DNA of 32,000 nucleotides, taken from contig NC_001263.1 in assembly GCF_000008565.1 (NCBI RefSeq), positions 511,213-543,212 of the forward strand, read 5' to 3'. This document shows, piece after piece, positions 10,568-18,774 of this stretch (positions are counted from its first letter, which is position 1; each line of letters starts with the position of its first letter). The DNA is from Deinococcus radiodurans R1 = ATCC 13939 = DSM 20539. Lineage in GTDB: Bacteria; Deinococcota; Deinococci; Deinococcales; Deinococcaceae. The notes beneath the pieces are model-generated. The model was not told the origin of the DNA and did not search any database. It saw nothing but the letters and a program-made list of their open reading frames with translations. The position numbers were made by a program, and so were the translations under genes.

Positions 10568-10753
10568 TTCAGCAGTTGAGCGAGCCTCGAACAGAACCGA
10601 TACGCCCGCCGCCTGACTCCCCCGCGAGGTCACACCCTGGAAAACCCGCCCGCCCCGCGTCCCTGAGCCAAAAAAAATGAGTAGAGGCCGCCTCTGTCGC
10701 CAAACAAGAAAACGGCCCCCACACTCGCCCCCCCTTTGCCAGAGGTAAGCACC

Positions 10754-11203
10754 GTGAAAGATACCGCCCGAAACACCCCCGCCCCCGCGCTCGCCCCTGG
10801 GCGCTACGCCGTCACCGCCGGTTACACCTCTCAGGTGTGGGACGTGACCGCCCAGGGCGTCACCCGTACCACCGCCCAGAGCGGCACCTACGCCCCCTCG
10901 CCCCTCGCGCCCCTGACTCACGCTGAGGCGGCCCAGGTGCTCGCCCAGGCCGCCGCGTACCTGGGCCGCCCCGCTGCTCAGCCGCTCGCGCCCCAGCCGG
11001 TGAGCACCCCCAGCGGTGCCCCGGTAGGTAAGGCAACGGGCCGCGCTCTACACGTCGAGCTGTCCCGGCTGGGCTACCGCGAGCACTACACCGCCGCCGC
11101 TGACGCGCTGGGCCGCCCGGTGCCCTCGCTCGCGGCTCTGACCGCCGCTGAGGTCAAAACGGTGTACGCCTACGCCTACGGCTCGCTGGGCATGACCGCC
11201 TGA
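10754..11203 (+). CDS. hypothetical protein (first gene of the plus-strand operon)
   Basis: GTG at 10754 sits 7 nt after GAGGT. High GC3. Ala/Pro-rich 149 aa. No family recognised. Confidence 0.6.
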   Translation: MKDTARNTPAPALAPGRYAVTAGYTSQVWDVTAQGVTRTTAQSGTYAPSPLAPLTHAEAAQVLAQAAAYLGRPAAQPLAPQPVSTPSGAPVGKATGRALHVELSRLGYREHYTAAADALGRPVPSLAALTAAEVKTVYAYAYGSLGMTA

Positions 11204-11258
11204 CCCGCTCAGGGGGGGGGCAGAACGCGCCCCCCCCCTCGCCCCAGAGGGGGACGCC

Positions 11259-11531
11259 ATGACCACGAAAAAAACCGGCACCAAAACCAAAGCCGCCCCA
11301 GCTCGCAAAACCGCGAGCACGAAAACCGCCCCAGCTCGCAAAACTGCGAGCACGAAAACCGCCGCGAGCAGCAACACCGCCCCCGCCCCCCAGCCCCAGC
11401 ACGCCCCCAGCGGCTCGCGTGCCCCGCTGATTCTGGGCCTCGCCCTCGCGGTGCTGGGGTTTATCACCCTCACCCCGGCTGACGTGCGAGCGAGCGTAGA
11501 CGCGGCCCTGAGCGGCCCCGTTGCCCGGTGA
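11259..11531 (+). CDS. small membrane protein with a Lys/Thr-rich tandem-repeat N-terminus
   Basis: ATG follows GAGGGGGA. The N-terminus reads KTKAAPARKTASTKTAPARKTASTKTAAS and is followed by one TM helix (LILGLALAVLGFITL). The DNA carries a tandem repeat of about 33 bp (about 11296-11362). Confidence 0.6.
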   Translation: MTTKKTGTKTKAAPARKTASTKTAPARKTASTKTAASSNTAPAPQPQHAPSGSRAPLILGLALAVLGFITLTPADVRASVDAALSGPVAR

Positions 11532-11538
11532 GGCCCGT

Positions 11539-11799
11539 ATGCCAGAGCTGACCGCCTACACCGTCACCGCGCCCGGTGTGAAGTCCTACACCACCCGCGC
11601 CCCCTCGCCCGCGCTCGCGGTGCTGCCCGCCGCCCGCGCCCTCTATGGTCGCCGCGCCCGGTACGTCATCACCGCCCAGGGGCAGCCCGTCAGCGGCGGC
11701 CCGTTTGTGTTCGCCCTGGGCGTCGAGGGCAACCCCGCCCGCCTGGGCGTGACCGTCAGCGAGGCCCCCAGCCGCCCCCCCAGCGAGGCGAGCGCGTGA
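11539..11799 (+). CDS. hypothetical protein
   Basis: ATG at 11539 follows GGTGAGG. 86 aa with high GC3. Its stop overlaps the next start (GTGA). Confidence 0.6.
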   Translation: MPELTAYTVTAPGVKSYTTRAPSPALAVLPAARALYGRRARYVITAQGQPVSGGPFVFALGVEGNPARLGVTVSEAPSRPPSEASA

Positions 11800-12035
11800 G
11801 CGCCTACCGCCTGGGGCACGGCTCAGAACTGACTGACGCCCAGGCCGCCCAGTTGCTCGCCCGCACCGCCCAGGGCGAGGCCCTGAACTGGGCACCGGTC
11901 AAAACCGGGCACCGCTGGGCGCTCGCGCACCTTGCCACCCTGACCGCCGCTCAGCTCGACGAACACCGCGAGCGCGTGAGCCGGTGCGCCCAGGTGCTCG
12001 ACGGGCTGCCCGTGCCCGCTGCCCTCACCGCCTGA
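11796..12035 (+). CDS. hypothetical protein
   Basis: GTGA-coupled start. 79 aa. No family recognised. Confidence 0.6.
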   Translation: MSAYRLGHGSELTDAQAAQLLARTAQGEALNWAPVKTGHRWALAHLATLTAAQLDEHRERVSRCAQVLDGLPVPAALTA

Positions 12036-12097
12036 ACCGCTCGACGTGGGGCCGCCCCAGCGCTGCCCCAGTTCTCAAAACTTGTGAGGTTTTCGAC

Positions 12098-12871
12098 ATG
12101 ACCAAACCGCATTACACCGCCGCCGTGACTGACCGCGAGGCCCCCGCGCCCTGGGGCGAGTGCCAGGGGTGCGGGGCCGCCGCTGCCCTGCCCGCCTCGA
12201 TGCTGCCCGGCAGAACCTTCAATTACTGCCCCGCGTGCACCGCCCTTGAGCTGCTCAGGGCCGCCGCTACTCAGGCCCTCTCTGACATGCTCGCCCCGCA
12301 CCTGGGGGCCTGGGGCAACTTCTGGGCCGCGTCTGGGCTGAGCCTGGATGATTTGCAGGGCATCACGGGGCAACTGAGCGCGAGCTGGGCGGATGAGGAA
12401 TACTCGACGCGCTACCAGACCGCCGCGATTTACCGCGCGATGAGGGCGCACCCCGCGCCCCTGAACGTCGAGCGGGCCGCCCCTGACCGCCGCGAGGTGA
12501 ACGCGCTGACCCTGCCCCGCGTCACCGCCGCATACCGCTATGACCGCGCCGCGCCCGCTGCCCAGGGGGGCGGCCCTGAGCGCGGCTGGGCGTTTACGCT
12601 CACCTACCCTGACGGGTCTACCGATGAGGGCGTGACCCTCCCCCCAGGGCGTGACGTGCTGCTCACGTACCCCAGCGGCCCCCAGGGTGACGCGGTGCTC
12701 TACTACACCGGCATACACGGCTCGACGGCTGACCGCCGCCCCATCTCTCGCGGTGACGTGCCGCTCTACGTGCCCGCCCAGTTCGTCAAATACGCCCGCG
12801 CCTCGCTGGGGTACTGGGGCGAGGCCCAGGCCCCTACCGCCCAGGCCGCCGCCGCTGAGGGTGCCCAGTGA
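12098..12871 (+). CDS. hypothetical protein with an N-terminal CxxC...CxxC zinc-ribbon-like motif
   Basis: ATG at 12098 lies 8 nt after GTGAGGT. The N-terminus reads WGECQGCGAAAALPASMLPGRTFNYCPACTALE. 257 aa. The track start 11984 would add an Arg-rich leader crossing the previous gene. Confidence 0.65.
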   Translation: MTKPHYTAAVTDREAPAPWGECQGCGAAAALPASMLPGRTFNYCPACTALELLRAAATQALSDMLAPHLGAWGNFWAASGLSLDDLQGITGQLSASWADEEYSTRYQTAAIYRAMRAHPAPLNVERAAPDRREVNALTLPRVTAAYRYDRAAPAAQGGGPERGWAFTLTYPDGSTDEGVTLPPGRDVLLTYPSGPQGDAVLYYTGIHGSTADRRPISRGDVPLYVPAQFVKYARASLGYWGEAQAPTAQAAAAEGAQ

Positions 12872-13263
12872 CCGGGGCCGGGACACCGGGCCGCCGCTCG
12901 CCCCGCGCCCTTATCCCTGGGGCGGTCAGTCTCGCGGCGGTTCAGGTGGTGCCCGCCTCGCTGACCGCTGACGGGCGGCCCGCGCTCGCCCTCGCCTGCT
13001 ACACCACCCGGCACCGCGTGACGCTCGCGCACCTCCCCAGCGGGGCCGCGTGGTCACTCGCCCGCCCCCCAGCGCTGCCAAACGAACGCGACGAGCGCGA
13101 GGGGCTGACGCTCGCCCGCCTGGGCGGTGCCCGTCTGACCCTTGAGCATGAGGGCCGCCGCGCCGTGCTCGACGTGCCCGCCGTGCGTTTGCTCCGCGAG
13201 CTGTGCGAGGCCCTGGGCACCTATGACCGCTCACCCGTCGAGGGCCTGGGGCGGCCCGCATGA
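12868..13263 (+). CDS. hypothetical protein (carries the RLTL motif)
   Basis: GTGA-coupled start. 131 aa. Contains GGARLTLEHEGRRAVLDVPAV. Confidence 0.6.
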   Translation: MTGAGTPGRRSPRALIPGAVSLAAVQVVPASLTADGRPALALACYTTRHRVTLAHLPSGAAWSLARPPALPNERDEREGLTLARLGGARLTLEHEGRRAVLDVPAVRLLRELCEALGTYDRSPVEGLGRPA

Positions 13264-13763
13264 CCCCCGGCGCTGACCCGGTGCTGTGTAACCTCGCCCC
13301 CGCCCAGGTGCTCGCCCGGATGCTCGACGTTTTGGCGGGCGAGCTGGGCGGCCCCGGCGCCCGGCACACCAGCGAGGCCCGCGAGCACGTGCGGGCGGCC
13401 CTCGCTGCCCCTGAACTGTCGCCCGCGTACTTTGACGCGCTCGCCCAGGCTGAGGGCGCCCTGACGCGGGCCGTCAGCGAGCGGCCCCCCTCTGGGCACC
13501 TGAGCGCCCGCGAGGTGCTGGGCGTCACCCGCACCCCCAGCGGTGCCCGCCTCACCCTCGCTGACGGTGAGCGCGTCGAGCTGCCCGCCACCTCGCCTTA
13601 TCACCTGACCCCGACGGCACCGGCCCGCCTCTCGCGGCTCGACGTGCCCGCGCTCTACACCCTGCCCGCCGCGCTCGCTCGCCCCGCCGCCCTCGCGCTG
13701 GGGTTTGACCCTCAGCAGCTCGCGGCCCTGCTCGACACCCCAGAGGTGCCCCGCCATGACTGA
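13260..13763 (+). CDS. hypothetical protein (carries the RLTL motif)
   Basis: ATGA-coupled start. 167 aa. Contains SGARLTLADGERVELPA. Confidence 0.6.
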   Translation: MTPGADPVLCNLAPAQVLARMLDVLAGELGGPGARHTSEAREHVRAALAAPELSPAYFDALAQAEGALTRAVSERPPSGHLSAREVLGVTRTPSGARLTLADGERVELPATSPYHLTPTAPARLSRLDVPALYTLPAALARPAALALGFDPQQLAALLDTPEVPRHD

Positions 13764-14340
13764 ACCGAACACCGCCGCCCGTACCCCCGCCGCCCTCGCT
13801 GAGCACCTGGGGCTGAGCGTGCCCCAGCTCGCCCAGCAACTCGCCCGCGTGACTCAAACCGAGGGCCTGAGCGCCCAGGGCCTCACCGTGTATGAGGGGG
13901 CCGCCTCGCTGGGCCTGAGCGCCGCTGAGGTGCTGGGCGTGCTCGCCATGTGCCCCGGCACCGCTGAGCGTGAGGCGGCCCCGCTGCTCGACTTTCCCGC
14001 GTCCCTGAACGGCGCAAACATGCCCGCCGCGCTGTGTGACGCGCTGAGCGGAGTGTATGCGGTGCTGAGTGACGCCCCGCCCCAGGGGGTGAGCCGCGAG
14101 CACCTGGGCCGCGCCCTCGCTGAAGTCACGGGGGCCGCCCAGGTGCTCGCCCAGCTCGACGGCACCCCCGCCGCCCTCAGCGCTGCCCAGGTCATGACCG
14201 CCCGCGCTCTCGCGGCTGGGGCCGGGGCTGAGTTGTACCCGGCTGACACCCTCGCCCAGTTCAGGGCAGCGGGCGAGCGCCGCGCCGCTGAGCACCGGCA
14301 CCCCGTGACCGGTCAGCCGCTCGCGGGGGGCAGGTTCTGA
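13756..14340 (+). CDS. hypothetical protein
   Basis: ATG at 13756 overlaps the previous stop by 8 nt (ATGACTGA). 194 aa, beginning MTEPNTAARTPAALAEHLGLSVPQLAQQLARV (possibly HTH-like). Confidence 0.6.
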   Translation: MTEPNTAARTPAALAEHLGLSVPQLAQQLARVTQTEGLSAQGLTVYEGAASLGLSAAEVLGVLAMCPGTAEREAAPLLDFPASLNGANMPAALCDALSGVYAVLSDAPPQGVSREHLGRALAEVTGAAQVLAQLDGTPAALSAAQVMTARALAAGAGAELYPADTLAQFRAAGERRAAEHRHPVTGQPLAGGRF

Positions 14341-14738
14341 TGCTGCCCCTAGAACTGCTCAGCGCCCAGCCTCACGGGGCAGGGGTGCGGCTGACCCTCG
14401 CGGGGCGAGCTGAGGCGCTCGACGTGGTACGCGGTCAGGTTCAGGTGAGGGCCTGGGGCCGCGTGCCCGGTCAGCCCAGCGTGCTTGACGTTCATACCCT
14501 CTGGGGGCGCCAGCCGGTCAGGGTGCCCGCCGCGCTGCTCGCCCAGGTGTGCGGGGCGCTGGGCCTCTCGCCCCGGTTGCCCTGCCCCGCGTGCGAGGGT
14601 GAGGGCGTGACTGACACCGCCGCCCCAGGGGTGCCGCCCCGCTGCCCCGCATGTCTGGGGCGCGGCACCCTGACCCCCGCTCAGCTCGCGCGGCATGAGG
14701 CGGCCCAGGCTGAGCAGCTCGCGGGCGGTGTCTCATGA
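14340..14738 (+). CDS. hypothetical protein with two DnaJ-type CxxCxGxG zinc-finger motifs
   Basis: TGATG junction with the previous gene. Contains CPACEGEG and CPACLGRG 22 residues apart. The N-terminus carries GAGVRLTLAGRAEALDVV. Confidence 0.62.
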   Translation: MLPLELLSAQPHGAGVRLTLAGRAEALDVVRGQVQVRAWGRVPGQPSVLDVHTLWGRQPVRVPAALLAQVCGALGLSPRLPCPACEGEGVTDTAAPGVPPRCPACLGRGTLTPAQLARHEAAQAEQLAGGVS

Positions 14739-15289
14739 ACCTTGACCGCCGCGCCCTGAGCGCTCAGGTCAGGGCCTTACGTGACGCGCTCGACGCCCTG
14801 GGCCTGCTCAGCCCGCCCGCTGACGTGCCCCAGGTGCGAGAGGGAGAGGCCCAGATAAACGCCCAGCGGCTCGCCTCTGCCCTGAGTGACGCGGCGGGGG
14901 TGCTCGCGCCCTACGGCAGCTCGCCCGCGCTGAGCAGTTTTCACGGGGTGCTGACCCTCGCGGGGGTGGTGCTCGCTGAGGTTCAGGCCATAGAACCGCG
15001 CCCGCTCGCGGCCCTGGGGGTGCTCATGGTCTGGGCCTCTGACCATGCCCGCGAGACACTGGGCGCTGAGGCCGCTGAGCAGCTCGCCCAGCTCGACACG
15101 TGGCAGATACGGGCCGCCGCTGCCCCGCTGGGCGAGTCTGACCGGGGTGTGTTCCTGGGGGCTGACGCGGTGCTCAGGGTGTCGAGCTGGGCCGCCGCTG
15201 ACCCTGACGTGACCGCCCCAGACTTGACCCGCGCCCTACTCGCTGAGGCCCAGATGCTCAGCCGCCCGCCCAGCGCTGCCCAGGCATAG
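14735..15289 (+). CDS. hypothetical protein (last gene of the plus-strand operon)
   Basis: ATGA-coupled start. 184 aa. It ends in PPSAAQA, encoded by a copy of the 14-mer. Confidence 0.6.
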   Translation: MNLDRRALSAQVRALRDALDALGLLSPPADVPQVREGEAQINAQRLASALSDAAGVLAPYGSSPALSSFHGVLTLAGVVLAEVQAIEPRPLAALGVLMVWASDHARETLGAEAAEQLAQLDTWQIRAAAAPLGESDRGVFLGADAVLRVSSWAAADPDVTAPDLTRALLAEAQMLSRPPSAAQA

Positions 15290-15354
15290 GCCGCCTTATG
15301 CTCGCCCGCTGAGATAACGCCCCGCCCCGCTCGCCCTTATTTCAGAATTGACCC

Positions 15355-15406
15355 CCAGAACGAAAACAAACGCCCAGCACGGCACCCGCGCCGCTCGCTG
15401 GGCGTT
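15355..15406 (-). terminator. candidate intrinsic terminator in the convergence zone
   Basis: Perfect 10-bp stem AACGCCCAGC (15369-15378) / GCTGGGCGTT (15397-15406) with an 18-nt loop. On the minus strand it is followed by TTTGTTTTCGTT. Confidence 0.4.
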
Positions 15407-15640
15407 AATGTTCCACGTGAAACGTATTTGACACTTATGTAAATAACTTTGTGACAGTGAAACAAAAGCGCCGCCGCCCGCCGCCTGGGGGTGCAAAAGT
15501 TGCCAACTCATGCCAACTTTTGACAAATGAAAACGGGGTTTTCTGGCCCTGGGCACCGCCGCCCGCCTCTCTCTCATGTTCTGGGGGGAGAGGTGCCGCC
15601 CCTCTCTCGCGCCCCTCTCTCGACGTGTTCAGGCGAAAAC

Positions 15641-15694
15641 TTAAAAACACGAAAACCGCCCAGCCTGAGCGCGTTTTGCCTCTCTCGCTGGGCG
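15641..15694 (-). terminator. candidate intrinsic terminator after the 15747-16118 gene
   Basis: Minus-strand stem CGCCCAGC/GCUGGGCG (15687-15694 / 15657-15664) is followed by GUUUUCGUGUUUUU. The 22-nt loop is long, so this call is tentative. Confidence 0.4.
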
Positions 15695-15746
15695 TGAGCT
15701 TTCGTGTGTTTTCGCCTCTCTCGCCCTCGCTGGGCAGCGCTGGGGG

Positions 15747-16118
15747 TTATTCCAGTTCTAGCCGCTGGGTATTCCAGGCCCGCGCCATACCCGCCGCAAA
15801 ACTCGACGCCAGCAACTCGCCCAGCATGACCGACTCAGGCGGGGCGAGCGCGTCCCGTTTGGTTTTCCAGGGGGGCGTAAGTATCCCCGCGTTCTCAGGC
15901 AGACACCACACCCGCGAGCCGTAAGAGTCAAACCCCAGGCAGAACACGCGGCCCTGAGCGTGTAGCCGCCTGAGTGCCCGCCGCGTGCTGACCTCATCTG
16001 AGTAACCCCAGAGGCTCGCCCCGTAAATCTCGGCTGTCAGCTCTCGCGTGTTCAGCCTGACGCGCTCGCCCAGGGCCGCGAGCACACCGCGCATAACTCG
16101 CCCGTCACCTCTCGACAT
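15747..16118 (-). CDS. hypothetical protein
   Basis: 123 aa with high GC3. The alternative ATG at 16094 is preceded by GAGAGGTGA. It might be winged-helix-like (RRALRRLHAQGRVF), but I cannot support that. Confidence 0.55.
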   Translation of the reverse strand: MSRGDGRVMRGVLAALGERVRLNTRELTAEIYGASLWGYSDEVSTRRALRRLHAQGRVFCLGFDSYGSRVWCLPENAGILTPPWKTKRDALAPPESVMLGELLASSFAAGMARAWNTQRLELE

Positions 16119-16177
16119 GCTTTAAGTGTTTCACAGGTTCAAAAACGCCCCCGCTGACAGAACGCTTAAAAATCCGC

Positions 16178-17035
16178 TCACACCGCCCCCAGGTGCTCGA
16201 CGCTGGGCAGGGGCACGGGCTGAGGCTCGCCCAGGTCACGCCCCCCAGCGCTGCCCCGTTCATAGGCTCGACGCCCGCCCGCCGCTTTACCCCAGGGGCA
16301 CGGCCCCAGCCCCCAGCGCTCAGGGCGTGACGGCTTAGGAAAGTAACCGGGCAGGGCACGGGCCGCGCTCGCCCGGGACACATAGAGCGCCCGGTCATGC
16401 GCCGCACCCCAGGCCCTCGCCCGGTAGGGTTTTCGTGTGTCTACTCGCTGGGCGAGAACATGCCCCGCCCAGTCTGGGCACCCGTGCCGCTGCCTGCTCG
16501 CGTCCGTCAGCCCCAGGCACTCGCGGCACCCGGTCAGCGGCTGGGGCAGGTGTTCACCCTGGGCACCCCAGCGGCTCGCGTAGAGCACGCCACACCGCCG
16601 CGAGCACCTGGGGCACGTCAGCCAGAACCGCACCCCCTGACCCCTGGGGCCGGTGTGTGAGGTGGTGACGCTGACCCGCACCGCCCCCAGCGCTGGGGCC
16701 GTATCTGCCCGCCGCGTGCTGACGGTGCGCTCTATGGGGTGCCAGTCAAACGCGAGCAGCGCCGCGAGCCGGGGCAGTTCTGCGGGCGTGCCCGCCTGGG
16801 CGAGTTGCTGGGCGTACCCTCTGACCGCCTCGCCCAGTTGCGCCGCGTCGAGCCGCTGACAGAGGTGCACCGGCACCCGTGTAAACCACCGCCGCCCGGT
16901 GCCCCGGTGTGCCCAGTTCTGAACGGTCGGCGGCCCCTCGCCCCGCTGAACTTTCAGGGTGAACGGGTCGCCCCGCCGCTCGTACTTTCTGCCCGCTGCC
17001 ATAGGGTCAGGGTAGGGGGCACGCTGCCCCGGCAC
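16178..17035 (-). CDS. hypothetical Cys-rich protein (CPRC...C...CRECLG)
   Basis: 285 aa. Contains WLTCPRCSRRCGVLY...GCRECLGLTDASRQRHGCPDW, suggesting a zinc-binding module. Start is uncertain (GTG 17035 or ATG 17002). Confidence 0.55.
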   Translation of the reverse strand: MPGQRAPYPDPMAAGRKYERRGDPFTLKVQRGEGPPTVQNWAHRGTGRRWFTRVPVHLCQRLDAAQLGEAVRGYAQQLAQAGTPAELPRLAALLAFDWHPIERTVSTRRADTAPALGAVRVSVTTSHTGPRGQGVRFWLTCPRCSRRCGVLYASRWGAQGEHLPQPLTGCRECLGLTDASRQRHGCPDWAGHVLAQRVDTRKPYRARAWGAAHDRALYVSRASAARALPGYFPKPSRPERWGLGPCPWGKAAGGRRAYERGSAGGRDLGEPQPVPLPSVEHLGAV

Positions 17036-17704
17036 CGTGACCGCCCCGCCCCAGGGGTGCCAGGTCTACCCCCCAGCGCTGCCCAGGCTCAGGCAAAGGC
17101 GAAAAAATACCGGGCAAGTTTTCGCCACTTGCCGCCCAGCACCGGGCAAAACCGCGCCGCGTGCGAGCAAAAACGGGGCAGAACTGGGCGCCGTGTAAGC
17201 AAAAACGCCCCCCAGCGCTGCCCAAACTGGGAAAAACCGGGTAAATGTTGCCCCCCGGCGCACACTGAGCGCGTCACACCGAACAGCCCAGAACCGCCCG
17301 CCCAGCGCGTGAAAACAGGGGCGAGAGGGTGTGAGCTGGGGTTATGTAGGCGGATTCTCCTGAGCCAAATTGAGCCGCTCGACGGCTCGCCCGCCGTCCG
17401 GTGTATTACCAGCCCGCCCCCAGAAAACACACCGCCCCCGCGTGCCCGCCTATCACTTTCGTTTAAAACGCGAGTGCGCCCAGCACGGCGAAAACCCCGC
17501 GAGCGGCTGGGCGGTTTTGCTGTTTCAAACGCGAAAACCGCCGCGAGCGGTGAAACATTCTGGGGGCATATCGGCGGCCCCGCCCAAATGGTCAGGCGGG
17601 GGCCGTTTTGCTGACCATTTGCTCAGCGCCCAGCACATGCCCGCGAGGTGCTGGGCGGTCATTTTCCTACCGTCAGGCAAATGACCGCGAGCCGCGCCCA
17701 GCGA

Positions 17705-17730
17705 GCAAAAACCCCCGCGATGGGCGGGGG
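17705..17730 (-). terminator. intrinsic terminator after the 17782-18774 gene
   Basis: Stem CCCCCGC (17712-17718) / GCGGGGG (17724-17730) with a 5-nt loop. On the minus strand it is followed by TTTTTG. Confidence 0.55.
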
Positions 17731-17781
17731 CAGTGTGAGCAGCGGTGAGCAGAACTGAGCAGAAAACGGGGCAGCGCTGGG

Positions 17782-18774
17782 CTACTCGCTGGGGTGCTGC
17801 TCGCCCAGCACCCCCCGCAGCGGCCCCGGTGTGTCTCTGCCCTCGCGCTCGCGGCGGGCCGCCTCTAGGTCATGTAAGGCACGGTAGAGCACGCGCTCTA
17901 GGTGCGCTTCATACCGCGTGACTTTCTGGGCCTCAGCCTCACCGGGCAGCGCTGCCAGGGCGAGCGCGTCAGCCTCAGCGCTGAGGGCCTCGCGCTGGGC
18001 GGCCCTGATTTTTGCCGCCTCCCCGCGCTCAAACTCGGCAGACTCCCCCAGCATCTCGCCCGCCTCATCTCCCCAGAACTCGCGGTAAAACGCGAGCAGC
18101 CCCGGCAGCTCGCCCGGTTCATACGTCCATTTGTGCCCCTCGACGCTCGCCGCCTCGCCCCGCCTGGGGGCGCGGCCCAGCATGGCCCGCACCATGTCAC
18201 CCGCCCGCGCTGGGGGGTCAGCGTCGAGCAGCTCACCCGCGAGGGCCGCGCCCAGGTGCGCCGCGTCACGCTCGCCCAGCCCCTCAGCGCTGCCCCCACC
18301 TGCCCAGCGGCTCAGGTGTGCCGCCGCCCGGTCATGCTGGGCCGCCTTATGTTCGGGCAGCCCAGGCACCGCCGCGAGCAGATGGGGCGAGGTGCCCGCC
18401 GCGTCAGCGAGCCGCGCCCGTGCCCGCTTGACATTCCCGGTGCCCCGGTATCCCTCCCCCTCAGCAATAGCGGCCCGTGTCGAGCGCTGGGCCTCGCGTA
18501 TCTGGGCCGCCTCATACCGTGCCACGCGGTCAAGTCGCCACAGGGCGAGGGCCGCCCGGTCTGCTAGGCGCTGCTCTAAGTAACTCGCGGCCCCGGTGCT
18601 CGCCCGTATCTGCTCGACGTGCTGGGCGTATGCCTCGCGCTCGCCCTCGCTGACGTGCTCGCTCAGAATCCCGTGCCGCTGGGCGTTTGCGCCCCTGGGG
18701 TCACGCTCGACGGTCTGACCCTGGGGCATGTCGAGCACCCCCGCCGCGTTTGTTTCGTAATTTTCGCCGTTCAC
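17782..18774 (-). CDS. hypothetical protein (Ala/Glu/Arg-rich, helical)
   Basis: 330 aa. GTGA-coupled to the upstream gene. No family recognised. Confidence 0.6.
   Translation of the reverse strand: MNGENYETNAAGVLDMPQGQTVERDPRGANAQRHGILSEHVSEGEREAYAQHVEQIRASTGAASYLEQRLADRAALALWRLDRVARYEAAQIREAQRSTRAAIAEGEGYRGTGNVKRARARLADAAGTSPHLLAAVPGLPEHKAAQHDRAAAHLSRWAGGGSAEGLGERDAAHLGAALAGELLDADPPARAGDMVRAMLGRAPRRGEAASVEGHKWTYEPGELPGLLAFYREFWGDEAGEMLGESAEFERGEAAKIRAAQREALSAEADALALAALPGEAEAQKVTRYEAHLERVLYRALHDLEAARREREGRDTPGPLRGVLGEQHPSE

Noticed and set aside
11951-14301. Large minus-strand ORFs (11951-12886, 12926-13591, 13552-14301, 13221-13772) opposite the plus-strand operon
   Set aside because: - Their translations are Arg/Gly/Pro-dominated.
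- They overlap one another and lack coupled junctions.
- The plus-strand set has GC-rich third positions, SD-like boxes and consistent ATGA/GTGA overlaps.
15421-15460. Possible Deinococcus radiation/desiccation response motif (RDRM) around TTATGTAAATAAC
   Set aside because: Only one half resembles the TTATGT half-site. The sequence is not the 17-bp palindrome expected for a DdrO operator.
16739-17614. 291-aa plus-strand ORF spanning the second gene-free block, and 17089-17430 (-)
   Set aside because: - Its first part is antisense to the 16178-17035 gene.
- The rest is Arg/Pro-rich and crosses the repeat arrays.
- It has no coupling and no RBS.
17898-18583. Overlapping ORFs inside the 17782-18774 gene (17898-18299 -, 17902-18567 +, 18012-18431 +, 18131-18583 +)
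   Set aside because: These are alternative-frame or antisense shadows with Arg/Pro/Ser-rich translations. The 330-aa frame has balanced composition and coupled junctions.
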